Source of the DNA: a virus
Lineage: Duplodnaviria; Caudoviricetes
Direction: 5' to 3' (one strand)
Virus record (IMG/VR): IMGVR_UViG_3300031853_000025
Span: 9,412-73,411 of that record
DNA: 64,000 bases
This document shows positions 1-10,068 of this stretch, in pieces. A model generated the notes under the pieces. It was not told the DNA's origin and ran no database searches. It was given only the letters and a program-made list of their open reading frames with translations. The first letter of the stretch is position 1, and every line of letters begins with the position of its first letter. A program made the position numbers and the translations under genes.

Positions 1-364
1 CTGAATATGCAATTGCTGATGGTAGATCTTTAAGATCATTATAAGAACCTGAGAAAGCAACTTTTTTCAGTGTAGCTTTCCAGTTATTAAAATCTGATGT
101 TAGTAAGCGTTGAGCGATAAGATCCATGATAGTCTTACCAGCATCTTCGTAGTTACCAACGATCGCTTTAAATCGTTTATCAGTGTAAGTATTTGATTTC
201 TGCTCTACAGAGTTCCAATAAGTACGTTCTGCGGCAGTAATGTGAATATTATTATTAGAAATATGCTTATTAAAATCATCATTATTTACTTTCCGATTTA
301 ACATGTCTTGTAGACTTGGTGCTAATTCAGCATAAGTAACTTTGTTTTCTTTATTAAAAGCCAT
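1..364 (-). CDS. tail fibre-like protein, paralog family member (truncated at left edge; not in ORF track)
   Basis: ATG at 364 with AGGAGG RBS. Manual translation MAFNKENKVTYAELAPSLQDMLNRKVNNDDFNKHISNNNIHITAAERTYWN...VAFSGSYNDLKDLP is open to base 1 and has the same N-terminal H-x6-H-x3-ER-x2-WN module as the other fibres. Confidence 0.8.
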   Translation of the reverse strand, partial: MAFNKENKVTYAELAPSLQDMLNRKVNNDDFNKHISNNNIHITAAERTYWNSVEQKSNTYTDKRFKAIVGNYEDAGKTIMDLIAQRLLTSDFNNWKATLKKVAFSGSYNDLKDLPSAIAYS

Positions 365-398
365 AACTTTTTAACCTCCTATTAGATATAAATGGATT

Positions 399-410
399 TA
401 TATGATTGTT
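399..410 (-). promoter_or_regulatory. late-type promoter AACA-N6-TA
   Basis: AACAATCATATA on minus strand, 35 nt upstream of ATG 364. Confidence 0.65.
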
Positions 411-434
411 CTTGGGGTTAAAAAGATCTTAGCG

Positions 435-446
435 AACTTATAATTA
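435..446 (+). promoter_or_regulatory. late-type promoter variant AACT-N6-TA
   Basis: AACTTATAATTA 33 nt upstream of ATG 479; one mismatch to consensus. Confidence 0.4.
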
Positions 447-478
447 AATTAATTGTTTATATTGAGGTGATAAATAAT

Positions 479-1705
479 ATGAAACGCATGGGTAAATTAA
501 TTACAAATAAAACCGATGTAGATTATATTCTTAGCATTGATGAAAAGATCGGTACTAAGAAATCTACTATTATGGAATTATTCGGAGAATTTAATGGTAA
601 AAGAAGATTTAATACATATGATATGATTGATGTTCCCCCTGGAGCATATGGCCCCGAAGGTAGAAAAAATAAAAACAAATTTAGAACGACTATTGGTATC
701 TGGATTTTCAATAGAGTATTTATCGAAAGAGAATTATTCGATATGTATCACTATGTAAATAAAACCATTACCAAGAAAGTATTTAATAAGATTGCTAAAG
801 AGATTACTTTTAAAGTGCTTGAAAATAAGTATCCTCTGGATGCATTGAAACACTATATGCTTAAATGCCAGAAGTTTATGCCTTACGTAACTATTCTATC
901 TGAAACGACTACAATGAAATTATTAACTATTACTCAAAAAGTCGAAGTCGAAAAAGCTAAACTCTTAAAGAAATATGAAAAAGAAGTTAAAGCTAAAGAC
1001 CCATATGTAATTATTAAAATTCAAAATGAATTACTTAAAATGGCCGAGGACGAATTAAAAGATGATCCATCTATGGATATTTATCGTTCTGGTGCTAAAG
1101 AAAAACTTAACAACGACTTCAAGAATATGTATATCATGAAAGGTCTTACTAAAAACCCTGACCCAACTAAGGGTTACAACTTAATTACCTCTAGCTATAT
1201 GACTGGTATTAAAAAAGAAGAATATGCTGATTTTGCTAACTCACTAGCCGAAGGCCCTTACGCTCGTGGTATTAAAACTGGTTTAGGTGGTTACTGGGAA
1301 AAATTAGCTTTACCAGCATATCAGCATATTAAAATGCTTCCTAAGGGAAGTGATTGCCATACAAAAAGACATATTAAAATTAAGCTAACTAATGATAATT
1401 ATGATAAATACATTTATAGCTTTGCTAAAGTTGGTTCTAAGTATGTAGAATTGACTAGTGAAAATAAATCAGATTTTATTGGCAAGGAAGTGCAATTACG
1501 TTTTTCTTCTCTATGTGAAGCAAAAGACGGTATTTGTAATATGTGCGGCGGTAATGCTTTTTATCGTCTTAGTATTACAAATATTGGTGCAGCCATTCCA
1601 CAGGTTCCTGCAAAACTTAAATTAATTTCAATGAAAGCTTTCCATGATTCTCAGGTCGTAATGGAAACCATGGATCCAATGAAAGCTTTTGGATTTGATG
1701 ATTAA
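479..1705 (+). CDS. rpoC: split multisubunit RNA polymerase beta' subunit, C-terminal part (phiKZ gp80-like, probably virion RNAP)
   Basis: ARGIKTGLGGYWEKL matches the bridge helix (KTANSGYLTRRL); SDCHT and LRFSSLCEAKDGICNMCGG match the beta' zinc-binding DCGT and RSPLTC...VCAKCYG motifs. No DxDGD, as expected for the C-terminal piece. GAGGTG RBS favours ATG 479 over GTG 467. Confidence 0.85.
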   Translation: MKRMGKLITNKTDVDYILSIDEKIGTKKSTIMELFGEFNGKRRFNTYDMIDVPPGAYGPEGRKNKNKFRTTIGIWIFNRVFIERELFDMYHYVNKTITKKVFNKIAKEITFKVLENKYPLDALKHYMLKCQKFMPYVTILSETTTMKLLTITQKVEVEKAKLLKKYEKEVKAKDPYVIIKIQNELLKMAEDELKDDPSMDIYRSGAKEKLNNDFKNMYIMKGLTKNPDPTKGYNLITSSYMTGIKKEEYADFANSLAEGPYARGIKTGLGGYWEKLALPAYQHIKMLPKGSDCHTKRHIKIKLTNDNYDKYIYSFAKVGSKYVELTSENKSDFIGKEVQLRFSSLCEAKDGICNMCGGNAFYRLSITNIGAAIPQVPAKLKLISMKAFHDSQVVMETMDPMKAFGFDD

Positions 1706-1719
1706 AGGAGGTATTTATC

Positions 1720-3384
1720 TTGGGAGAAATCCATAAAAATTATCAAGTGCCAGATAAAATATCTTCTGATAAAGATGGTAATATTGAAGTTGGACGAATT
1801 ATAACATGGAGGGATCCCGGTGATCCAGGTAATTTAGTTCCATCAAATCCTAGACATCCAGATGATAAAAAATATCCTAATGACCAACATAATCGAGGTC
1901 ATTCAACAGGAGATATGACATCAGATAATACAGATGAAAAATATACAAATAACTATGGTGAATCTGGTGTTGTATTAGGTGATAAGATTAATCATAATGC
2001 TGAAAAGTATAGACCGATTAATTTCGATAATTTAGTTCCAATTAAAATTACTACCACACAACAACAAAAAATGTTTAAGAATCTTTGTATTCCATCAGCT
2101 ATGCACGCATATTCTGTTGGGGTAGAATTCTTTAAACAATGGATATTAAATAAATTTGATCCAAAGTATTTTAAAACTGTCTATGTAGATGGTAAACACC
2201 TATTCGATGATTTTTCTAAAATCAATGAATTAGATTTAGTCAAGAAAGGTAAACCAGCTATTGGATTCTTTCCTAATATTGATATTGATTACAACCGTGA
2301 AGGCATTGAAGCACAAACATATGACTTAATGTATTACGCTAGAACGTTTGACAATAGAGATGCTTTCTTTAAAGATAATGAAAATAAACTATATATCTCT
2401 ATTGCCTTAGAGCAATATTTAATGAATTTCAATATTAAGATTAAAGTAGATACGAGAGCTAAGCAATTAGACTTAGCTAAGTATCTTAGAATTGCCCTTA
2501 AAGTTGGTGCGACAAGTGGGTATTATCTTGATTTAGATTTACATGTACCATATGAAATGCTATTTGCCTTAGCTGAGCAAGCTGGCTTTGAAGTAGACTA
2601 TGAAACTGGTCAAGTTAAAGATCCATTTAAATTCTTATTATATTTGAATAGTAAATCAGACGTACCATTTGTATATAAATTACGCTCGATCAATGGGATG
2701 AATGAATTCTTCTTACGAGCGCCAAATCTATATACACATATCAATGTACAAGATATGAGTATCGACGATGGTGAAAGACAAAATCAAGTTTCATCAAACT
2801 ATTTTATTGAATTGAATGCTAAACTATTAATGCCTGCTCCTAAGATGTATTGCCTGTTTACTACAAAGAGAAACGATATTATTTCTATGATAGATAAATC
2901 AGGGAATATCAAATCTTATGTGGCTAACTTTACAAATGTACCGACTTTGAACAATCGTGGATGGGAACAGTTTGTAACTCTAGATTACCAAGAGGAAGAT
3001 AGAACTCGTCCATTAGTTATTGATTTAAATGAAATCTTCCAAGGTGAAAATAATATATATAGTCTTATCGAGTATAATAAATACAATATGATTAGTCCAT
3101 CTACATTTATTGATTTCAAATTATTCAATAATAATAAAGAATGGGACTATGATTTAGACTGGGATAATATGATTATTAAAACTAAGAAACCAGTAGATTT
3201 TCAGCTAACTGAGATTGTAATATACATTGATAAAAATTATGTAAATACACAAACGATTACTATGAGCAATGATAGTAATTATAGAGTCACGTATAACAAG
3301 ACAGCTGGTAATAATACTAATGAATCTTTCCGTAGCCAAGAAAAAATGAAACGACTCCGTTTAGGCTTATTTCACAAAAAATAA
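1720..3384 (+). CDS. hypothetical protein, probably virion structural (554 aa)
   Basis: Long ORF, TTG start with AAAGGAGG RBS, same strand directly after the RNAP piece; no motif recognised. Confidence 0.6.
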   Translation: MGEIHKNYQVPDKISSDKDGNIEVGRIITWRDPGDPGNLVPSNPRHPDDKKYPNDQHNRGHSTGDMTSDNTDEKYTNNYGESGVVLGDKINHNAEKYRPINFDNLVPIKITTTQQQKMFKNLCIPSAMHAYSVGVEFFKQWILNKFDPKYFKTVYVDGKHLFDDFSKINELDLVKKGKPAIGFFPNIDIDYNREGIEAQTYDLMYYARTFDNRDAFFKDNENKLYISIALEQYLMNFNIKIKVDTRAKQLDLAKYLRIALKVGATSGYYLDLDLHVPYEMLFALAEQAGFEVDYETGQVKDPFKFLLYLNSKSDVPFVYKLRSINGMNEFFLRAPNLYTHINVQDMSIDDGERQNQVSSNYFIELNAKLLMPAPKMYCLFTTKRNDIISMIDKSGNIKSYVANFTNVPTLNNRGWEQFVTLDYQEEDRTRPLVIDLNEIFQGENNIYSLIEYNKYNMISPSTFIDFKLFNNNKEWDYDLDWDNMIIKTKKPVDFQLTEIVIYIDKNYVNTQTITMSNDSNYRVTYNKTAGNNTNESFRSQEKMKRLRLGLFHKK

Positions 3385-3388
3385 AGTT

Positions 3389-3421
3389 TTTGGAGAGAAG
3401 GGAAATTCCCTTCTCTCCAAA
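3389..3421. terminator. bidirectional terminator/palindrome
   Basis: TTTGGAGAGAAGGGAA-A-TTCCCTTCTCTCCAAA between convergent genes. Confidence 0.85.
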
Positions 3422-3428
3422 CTTTTAT

Positions 3429-3815
3429 TTAGCAGTCTTTAAGCCAGTTGTTGAGATCCTTTTTAAGGTCTCTTGTTTCATAATATTTATGCCAGCAGAT
3501 CTGTTTTAGAGTCTGTTCAAGAGATCTCTTCTGGTAAACGTTAAAACCTTTAGTGAAGTCATCGAAAGATTTTAAACGGTCAATTCCAAAATGGTATCCG
3601 CTTCCGGATTCAGTATAAATATAGATTTTTTTACCGTTTTTATCAAATCCCACAAAAGCCTTTCCTTCGACACTAGAAATGATAGAAGTTCCGGTTTCTT
3701 CACTTAACTGCTCTAACGCATTTGCTAAATGAAACAAATCTCTTTTCAACGGGCTATTGAAGATGTTGTTGTATGCACAAGAGACTGCATTTTTTAAAGA
3801 TTTAAGATTTAACAT
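3429..3815 (-). CDS. small hypothetical early-cassette protein A (128 aa)
   Basis: ATG 3815 preceded by AGAGGAGA RBS (the track start 3845 lies inside the leader); isolated gene between two terminators. Confidence 0.75.
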   Translation of the reverse strand: MLNLKSLKNAVSCAYNNIFNSPLKRDLFHLANALEQLSEETGTSIISSVEGKAFVGFDKNGKKIYIYTESGSGYHFGIDRLKSFDDFTKGFNVYQKRSLEQTLKQICWHKYYETRDLKKDLNNWLKDC

Positions 3816-3923
3816 GGTATTTCTCCTCTCTGGGATCATAGACATTTTCTATTTAATCCCAATGCAAATGATTAAAATATGAATAGATGTGTATTCTTTC
3901 ATCCATTCACAATTATAATATAT
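3816..3923 (-). promoter_or_regulatory. early-type promoter plus structured leader (cassette A)
   Basis: ATATATTATAATTGTGAATG at 3904-3923, then a 5' hairpin, TTTGCATTGGGAT...GTCTATGATCCCAGAGAGGAGA, then ATG. Confidence 0.75.
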
Positions 3924-3954
3924 GAGCGAATATATTGAGTTTTCAAAATTTTAT

Positions 3955-3982
3955 CCCCCTAGAGGAATTAACCTCTAGGGGG
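3955..3982. terminator. terminator hairpin
   Basis: CCCCCTAGAGG/CCTCTAGGGGG inverted repeat after the fibre operon. Confidence 0.8.
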
Positions 3983-4138
3983 TATTATTCATTTTAGAAG
4001 TTTAAATGCTGTTGTATCCGGTTCAGTATGCTTAACCGTAAAATATACTATAGCAAGACTAAAAAGAATAATAGGAAATAGCATTTTATAACACCTCTAT
4101 TTAGATTATTTCTGAATAGATTAGTGTTATTATTAATT

Positions 4139-5710
4139 TTAATCATAATAGACCAAAGTATAATCAAATGGGATATGACCTGTACCAGTACAATATACAG
4201 TAACTGTCTTGTTAGTTTTAATACACCAAATATCACCGACTGTACCATTTGGATTTGCCGTAGGAATTACAGATACGGAGAATGAGGTGTTTTCAAACTC
4301 GTGTTCAATGATAGTCCCGTTAGTCCCATTAAAGAAACCTGTACCAGTAACGATAGCATTTTTATTCTTTTTGTTTTCCAAGGCAATTCGTTCTTTATCT
4401 GTAAAGAAACGATTGTTTGGATCTTGAGTAATAATAGATGCCGGTAAATGATCTGGTAGCTTATAATTATTAGCCCCATCTTCAATAGCATCTAATTTAG
4501 CTTTATCTTCTTTAGACATGTAGCCATTAACTTTAGATGTGGCTGGAACTGTGTCTAATTTAGAATTCCACCGCATCTTTTCTACATCTGATACAAAGCG
4601 GTTATACGCATCTTGTCGAATAATGCTAGGTTCATGATAAAGTGGATGTTCATAATAGTTAGCATTAGCTTGTACAGTATTGAGTTTGATTTTATCATAA
4701 TGACTCATCAAACCATCTAGTGTTTCATTAGCTAAGTTATTATTCGCTTTATTACCCCAGAGTCTAATCTGGTTATCTGTTACAAAGCGATTCTTTTCAT
4801 CTTGTGCAATAATAGATGGAGGAAGATGATCTGGTAAAGTAAAGTTAGTTGCGCCCTCTTCAATACCATCTAGTTTATACTTATCTTCTTTAGACATCAA
4901 ACCAGAATACTGGTAAGTTACAAGTCTATCTTCTGCTTTGGCATTCCAATATGCTTTTTCTTTATCCGTTACGTGACGAATAGAAGAAGTATTTGGATGC
5001 ACATAATGGTTAGCTTTTTTTTCAATTCCATCTAGCTTAGTTTTGTCTTGATGAGACATTTTACCATCTAATTCATGTGTAGCCATAGGAATTGAGTTTG
5101 CTGAAATAGGAATCCAGTTTTCTCCATCAAAACGATATACAATACCAGTATCGTTTACTGATACAGTCCAACCCTTTTGAGGAGATGGATATCTAATAAC
5201 GATGTCATCAAATCTTTCAACGTTTTCTTTCCAAGTATTATCATATTCTAATTGAGAGAATTTATTATTGATTTCTTCTTTAGAATATGTATTATTCCAT
5301 TTGGTTCTATCAGCAGTGGAAACATGCAATGCTGTATTAGAAACGTGTTTATTAAAAACGCTATAGTTAGCATTAATAAGAGCTAAAGCCCCTTCTTGGT
5401 CAATCTTATTATCCCATGTTTCACGTTCTTTTTGAGAAATATGGATCTCAATATTATTTACATGGTCTTTTAAGATTTTATCATTTTTAAGAATACATCC
5501 TTTTTCTGCTGAATTAAGGTGGATGTTTTGGTTAACTAAGTGAGTTAAAACTGCATTATTATTAGCCATTACCTGCTTTAAGTTTAATGCATTAATCCCA
5601 CTGTCTTTAGATACAGTCCCTGAATCATCATTAAATACTAAGATATTCCCTGGGGTGGCTGTACCTAAAACGTTATTGTTAATCTTGTCTAGCAATTTAG
5701 GTTTAGCCAT
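4139..5710 (-). CDS. tail fibre-like repeat protein (523 aa)
   Basis: Repeated H-x6-H-x3-ER-x2-W motifs, four GxMS-x2-DKxKL(D/N) units, and a KGWTVSVNDTG..YRFDG module shared with the 1678-aa fibre. Confidence 0.75.
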   Translation of the reverse strand: MAKPKLLDKINNNVLGTATPGNILVFNDDSGTVSKDSGINALNLKQVMANNNAVLTHLVNQNIHLNSAEKGCILKNDKILKDHVNNIEIHISQKERETWDNKIDQEGALALINANYSVFNKHVSNTALHVSTADRTKWNNTYSKEEINNKFSQLEYDNTWKENVERFDDIVIRYPSPQKGWTVSVNDTGIVYRFDGENWIPISANSIPMATHELDGKMSHQDKTKLDGIEKKANHYVHPNTSSIRHVTDKEKAYWNAKAEDRLVTYQYSGLMSKEDKYKLDGIEEGATNFTLPDHLPPSIIAQDEKNRFVTDNQIRLWGNKANNNLANETLDGLMSHYDKIKLNTVQANANYYEHPLYHEPSIIRQDAYNRFVSDVEKMRWNSKLDTVPATSKVNGYMSKEDKAKLDAIEDGANNYKLPDHLPASIITQDPNNRFFTDKERIALENKKNKNAIVTGTGFFNGTNGTIIEHEFENTSFSVSVIPTANPNGTVGDIWCIKTNKTVTVYCTGTGHIPFDYTLVYYD

Positions 5711-6491
5711 AAAAAATATTATCCTCCTTTCGGGTAATGTCTTGCTGTTTCATAAAGCTAGATACTTGTAGAGCATAAGAAGCTTCTTCTGCTAATTTAA
5801 TTAAAGTATCTATTTTTTCTTGCTTTGTTTTCTCATCAATATTTTGAAATTCAGCCATTAAGAAACCAATAGGTGGTTCTTCAAGTTCAGACTTATCTAA
5901 AATAGCAATAGCTATATAAGAATTAAGTGTGTCATCTTGGTTTAATAATAGCTTATCTACAATATTTAAGTCTTTAGCACTTTTAGTTGAAATAAAAATG
6001 CTGTTATGAAATAAATCACTAAGAAAATCATCTACGGCATTGATGGGGATATTTACTTGCTGTGGTTGTTTTAAAATAGTATTTGAGTGTGGTTTAAGAA
6101 TCTCACAAATGCAACTCATCTTAATAAAAGGAAATCCGCTTAAGCTGTAGGTACCATTATGAAAAAGATAAATTGCAATCCGTTCAGCATCTACCTCTTC
6201 GCAGGCTTTCTTTAGATCTGTTTTCAATAAAGTATTTAGTTTCACGTAAAGCTTAACTAATTGATTTGGTTTCTCTTCAATTTTCCTCTCAGCCTCCTGG
6301 CTTTGGTGTGTAACTTCGGCTGCAATTCGTTTATGAATAAATTCATCTTTATCTAAAAATTTTAAGAAAACTCTTAGGCTAAGAAGAATAATTGCAAGAG
6401 AAAAGAAAACAGCCAAAAGCAAGAAGATTGCGAGTTCAAAAAATGGATCATTGGAGAGAATTAATTTAAAAAACTCTAAAATTGTTTCCAT
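5703..6491 (-). CDS. holin candidate: N-terminal TM helix plus GAF-like domain (T4 holin T-like architecture)
   Basis: Hydrophobic FFELAIFLLLAVFFSLAIILLSLRVF followed by AERIAIYLFHNG...KMSCICE...YIAIAI...PIGFLMAEF, a GAF-like pattern. Confidence 0.5.
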   Translation of the reverse strand: METILEFFKLILSNDPFFELAIFLLLAVFFSLAIILLSLRVFLKFLDKDEFIHKRIAAEVTHQSQEAERKIEEKPNQLVKLYVKLNTLLKTDLKKACEEVDAERIAIYLFHNGTYSLSGFPFIKMSCICEILKPHSNTILKQPQQVNIPINAVDDFLSDLFHNSIFISTKSAKDLNIVDKLLLNQDDTLNSYIAIAILDKSELEEPPIGFLMAEFQNIDEKTKQEKIDTLIKLAEEASYALQVSSFMKQQDITRKEDNIFYG

Positions 6492-6529
6492 TCTTTACCT
6501 CTTCTTTTAATTAAATTATATTACAAACT

Positions 6530-6541
6530 TAATTAAATGTT
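6530..6541 (-). promoter_or_regulatory. late-type promoter AACA-N6-TA
   Basis: AACATTTAATTA 39 nt upstream of ATG 6491. Confidence 0.6.
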
Positions 6542-6573
6542 TTGTGAGGGGCTAGCGAGCTATGTTCTTTGTT

Positions 6574-8562
6574 TTATTTTTTACTAACCTGAATATTGTA
6601 GCTATCACCGTAAGTATTACCATAAATAAACTGTGTCTCTAAATTAGTATTTTCTCTAGGATGTAATTGATAGCGCAAATAATCTATAAATAATTTTTCT
6701 TGTTCAGTTGGGAACGTTGGATTTAAAGTTATATTAATACCGCTACTAACAGCTTTATTTTTAATACTAATAACTGGTCTTTCTTTTAAAGTAATTATAT
6801 TACCTTCTTCATCTTCTTCGGTGTCTTTATCATCAGCAAACTCCTTATATTCGTCACCAATATCTACGTCTTCGGTGACGAACGGTTCACAGCAAAGCTT
6901 GTTAAGAAACTCTTCATTCTTTGAAATATTAAATGGATAATTGATGGCACTAATACCAGATAAATCTGTAAATTCTACTTTGATATCACTAAAGATAAAT
7001 GAATATAAAGAGTATGGTGTATCTAAGAAATCAACTACACCAGTCTTCCAATGAGACATATCTAAAATAATTCTTTTAAGATAAAGATGATTTGCTACAT
7101 ATTCTCCTAAAGATTCATATCCATAAATAATTTTCTTATTGAATACATCAATAGCATATGAAGACAAATCTAATTTATTATTAATTGTTTTTGCTTTATA
7201 TATTTTATCAGGGAAAGTTTCTTCTAATTTACAAGCCTTAATAATGAAATTAGTATACACTTGTCTTGGTCTAAACTCATTACCAACTGGTACACTATTG
7301 CTAGGCTTTAGTGTAACAAATCCATTTAAATTTACTTTATCATCAGAAGAAAATACTATAGCTGATTTACTAGCTTTAATATTCTTATATGTAATTCCAT
7401 TCGATAATGCTTCATCACGACCTGGATGAATTGTAGGCATCTTAGATGTGGTGGTGTTTGTGCTACCAGTTTTAAAATTACCATACGTCAAATTATTCGT
7501 TTTAGTATAATCATAAAATGCTTGAATATTGCCTTGGAGGTGTTTAACGGTAAAATTCTTAGTTTTACCGACATCTCCTAAAGTGTTTGTATACAATGGT
7601 TCGCCAAAGAATGCTGGAACACGGAAAGTATTTACTCCATCACCAGAAGAAAATAACCCAGCTGCAATATTATAGTTAGTATTATTTAGCTTATTCTTAT
7701 ATAAGGTCTTCCATTTATCATCAGAAACAACTAACCCTTGGGTTTGTGCGTATTCCCATAATTCAGGTAAGTCTTTTCTAAAATATAATGATCCATCTAA
7801 TGATACCCAACCCTTTGGGGGGCGTTTGCTCATACACATAGCAATTTCACCGACAGGCTGTTCAAATGATGAATCATCTGGAATATATTTAGATGGAATA
7901 AACCCATCTTTATCTAGCTTGACTGTATTATTACCACCAATCAATACCCACTCTTTACCATCAAAGAAGTAAGCATTATCAGTGTCAGTATTAATATAGA
8001 TTTTATTTGTTTCATCAGTAGAAATGATTTCTGAATTTCCTAAAGTATACGCTTTATCTAAGGTTTTATTCATTAAATATTCTAGACTAGCAGTTGATCT
8101 ATCAGTCATTGTTAGATATGATGCATTAATCATTGGCTTCTTAGGGAAATTAGTCCCATCCACATATAAGAACCCTGAAGATTGAGTCTTATTCAACGTC
8201 ATAGCATTATTAACTTTAGCTGTAATTTTAGCTGGATTATTAGCATAATTGACATGACCATATTCATCAAAATGCACTTCTAAATATTTGCCAGGAACCA
8301 TATTTCCTGTGGGGTGAATATATTTATTTGCATTTTCATCAATAGCTGCTAATTTCTCTCTAGCTGATTGTGAGAAGAATGAACTTCCTAAACCAGCATA
8401 TTCTGGAATTGTCTTAGAGTTATTATTCCATCTTTCTCTATCAGCTTGAGTAATATGTCTATCTTTATCTTTAGTGTGAGTGTAAATATTATCAATCGTA
8501 TTTGAAAATTCTTTAATAAACTCATGCTTAGTAAGTTTATCTTTATTATTATCGAATGCCAA
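6574..8562 (-). CDS. tail fibre protein with tail-collar domain (662 aa)
   Basis: Shared N-module (HTKDKDRHITQADRERWNN); collar motif PVGEIAM...PKGWVSLDGSLYFRKDLPELW and FSSGDGVNTFRVP; TTG start. Confidence 0.8.
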   Translation of the reverse strand: MAFDNNKDKLTKHEFIKEFSNTIDNIYTHTKDKDRHITQADRERWNNNSKTIPEYAGLGSSFFSQSAREKLAAIDENANKYIHPTGNMVPGKYLEVHFDEYGHVNYANNPAKITAKVNNAMTLNKTQSSGFLYVDGTNFPKKPMINASYLTMTDRSTASLEYLMNKTLDKAYTLGNSEIISTDETNKIYINTDTDNAYFFDGKEWVLIGGNNTVKLDKDGFIPSKYIPDDSSFEQPVGEIAMCMSKRPPKGWVSLDGSLYFRKDLPELWEYAQTQGLVVSDDKWKTLYKNKLNNTNYNIAAGLFSSGDGVNTFRVPAFFGEPLYTNTLGDVGKTKNFTVKHLQGNIQAFYDYTKTNNLTYGNFKTGSTNTTTSKMPTIHPGRDEALSNGITYKNIKASKSAIVFSSDDKVNLNGFVTLKPSNSVPVGNEFRPRQVYTNFIIKACKLEETFPDKIYKAKTINNKLDLSSYAIDVFNKKIIYGYESLGEYVANHLYLKRIILDMSHWKTGVVDFLDTPYSLYSFIFSDIKVEFTDLSGISAINYPFNISKNEEFLNKLCCEPFVTEDVDIGDEYKEFADDKDTEEDEEGNIITLKERPVISIKNKAVSSGINITLNPTFPTEQEKLFIDYLRYQLHPRENTNLETQFIYGNTYGDSYNIQVSKK

Positions 8563-8571
8563 TTAATTCAC

Positions 8572-10053
8572 CTACTCTCTGACCCTGACATATGCTGATA
8601 CATATGTACACGCTGGGCAATTTTCGTCGCCTGTATTATATAGAGTGCTATTATCATACTGATAGACTTGGTTCTTTTCTTTAAGAGAATCCATATATCC
8701 ATCAGCTACAGCATTTTTTAAAGCTTTATAATCTGGAGAGTTTTCTTCTTTAAAAGCATATGGGAATGAATAATATGAACCACCATATTTAATATGCTTT
8801 GTGGCATCATCCCGTTTATAAGCTGACCATTTATCAAATGGGCTTTGCACAAACGATTCAGCTTCAGAGGTTTTGATAACTGAATTATTATTTGAATTAT
8901 TATATTTAATCATTGTATTTGTAGTCTTATCATAGAAATTAAATACTGGGAATTCACCAGAGATATTTCTAGTAGACTCTTTATAAAAATGATTTTCATT
9001 AGAGTTAATATAAGTCTTAGCTCTAATATTAGCCATATGAATCTTTGGAAGAATAATAGAGTCTGGGGCATTATCTTGAGTTCTTACAAACGCATAGCAA
9101 GATTTATATTTTGTACCAGTGTTTCTTTCCGTAGTATACATATTTAAATAATCGGCATAAGATATAGTGTAAATATCGCCTTTATCAATTAAAGCAAATA
9201 ATTCTGGATAGTCACTTCTACTAATAGTAGATCCATCGCATAATCTATATTTTTTATTATTTAATCCAGTTCTAGAATTGATGGTAATAATATGACCTAA
9301 TGGCATAGAGTTTTGACGAATCAGTGATTTATCAATCTTACCATCTGCGTTTAATGTAATCATATTAGCAGCAGCTAATGAGATAATAGATTTCCATGAT
9401 TGATCTTTATCATCATAATAATACAGCGTTTTATTATTCTGATTATAAAAAATCTTCTTATGAGAAGAAGGCCATGTAGTTCCTAAAGATACAGCTGAAT
9501 CGATAGCATATTCTTTTACTGTTTTTACATTAACCATCTTCTCAATATTATTTACATCATTTACATTAACATCTGGTGAAGATAATCTAAAGAAACTTGT
9601 AGTTGATGTAGGCAAGAATTTAGAATAGTCTAGTCCACCGAAAAAATAAACATTATTTACTGTAATTGGTAAATACCTAGTCTCTAATACATCAGTGATA
9701 TGGCCTTCATTAGAAACCTTATACATGTACGTATTTCTTAAAGCTGAGCCATTATATAATGGGTGAGAATAATTGTTTGCATTGTCTGCAATAGCATTTA
9801 ATTTATCTTTCTCTTCTTGAGAAATTAGACCATCGGATGCTGTGGTTGCTAATGGATATCCTTTAAAAGAATTCCATTTTGCTTTCTCTTCTTTTGTAGT
9901 GTGTACTTCATTATTAGCTACATGAGAATCTGCTTCAGCAATCTTAGATTTTAAAATAAAATTTAGTTCTTTGCTAGAAAGCTTATCTAGCTCTGTATTA
10001 AACGTTTCATATGTACTCCACCATTTACGGCGGGTAACATCACTTAGACTCAT
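8572..10053 (-). CDS. tail fibre protein with tail-collar domain (493 aa)
   Basis: N-module HVANNEVHTTKEEKAKWNS; collar motif PLGHII...YRLCDGSTISRSDYPELFALI. Confidence 0.8.
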   Translation of the reverse strand: MSLSDVTRRKWWSTYETFNTELDKLSSKELNFILKSKIAEADSHVANNEVHTTKEEKAKWNSFKGYPLATTASDGLISQEEKDKLNAIADNANNYSHPLYNGSALRNTYMYKVSNEGHITDVLETRYLPITVNNVYFFGGLDYSKFLPTSTTSFFRLSSPDVNVNDVNNIEKMVNVKTVKEYAIDSAVSLGTTWPSSHKKIFYNQNNKTLYYYDDKDQSWKSIISLAAANMITLNADGKIDKSLIRQNSMPLGHIITINSRTGLNNKKYRLCDGSTISRSDYPELFALIDKGDIYTISYADYLNMYTTERNTGTKYKSCYAFVRTQDNAPDSIILPKIHMANIRAKTYINSNENHFYKESTRNISGEFPVFNFYDKTTNTMIKYNNSNNNSVIKTSEAESFVQSPFDKWSAYKRDDATKHIKYGGSYYSFPYAFKEENSPDYKALKNAVADGYMDSLKEKNQVYQYDNSTLYNTGDENCPACTYVSAYVRVRE

Positions 10054-10068
10054 AATAATTAACCTCCG

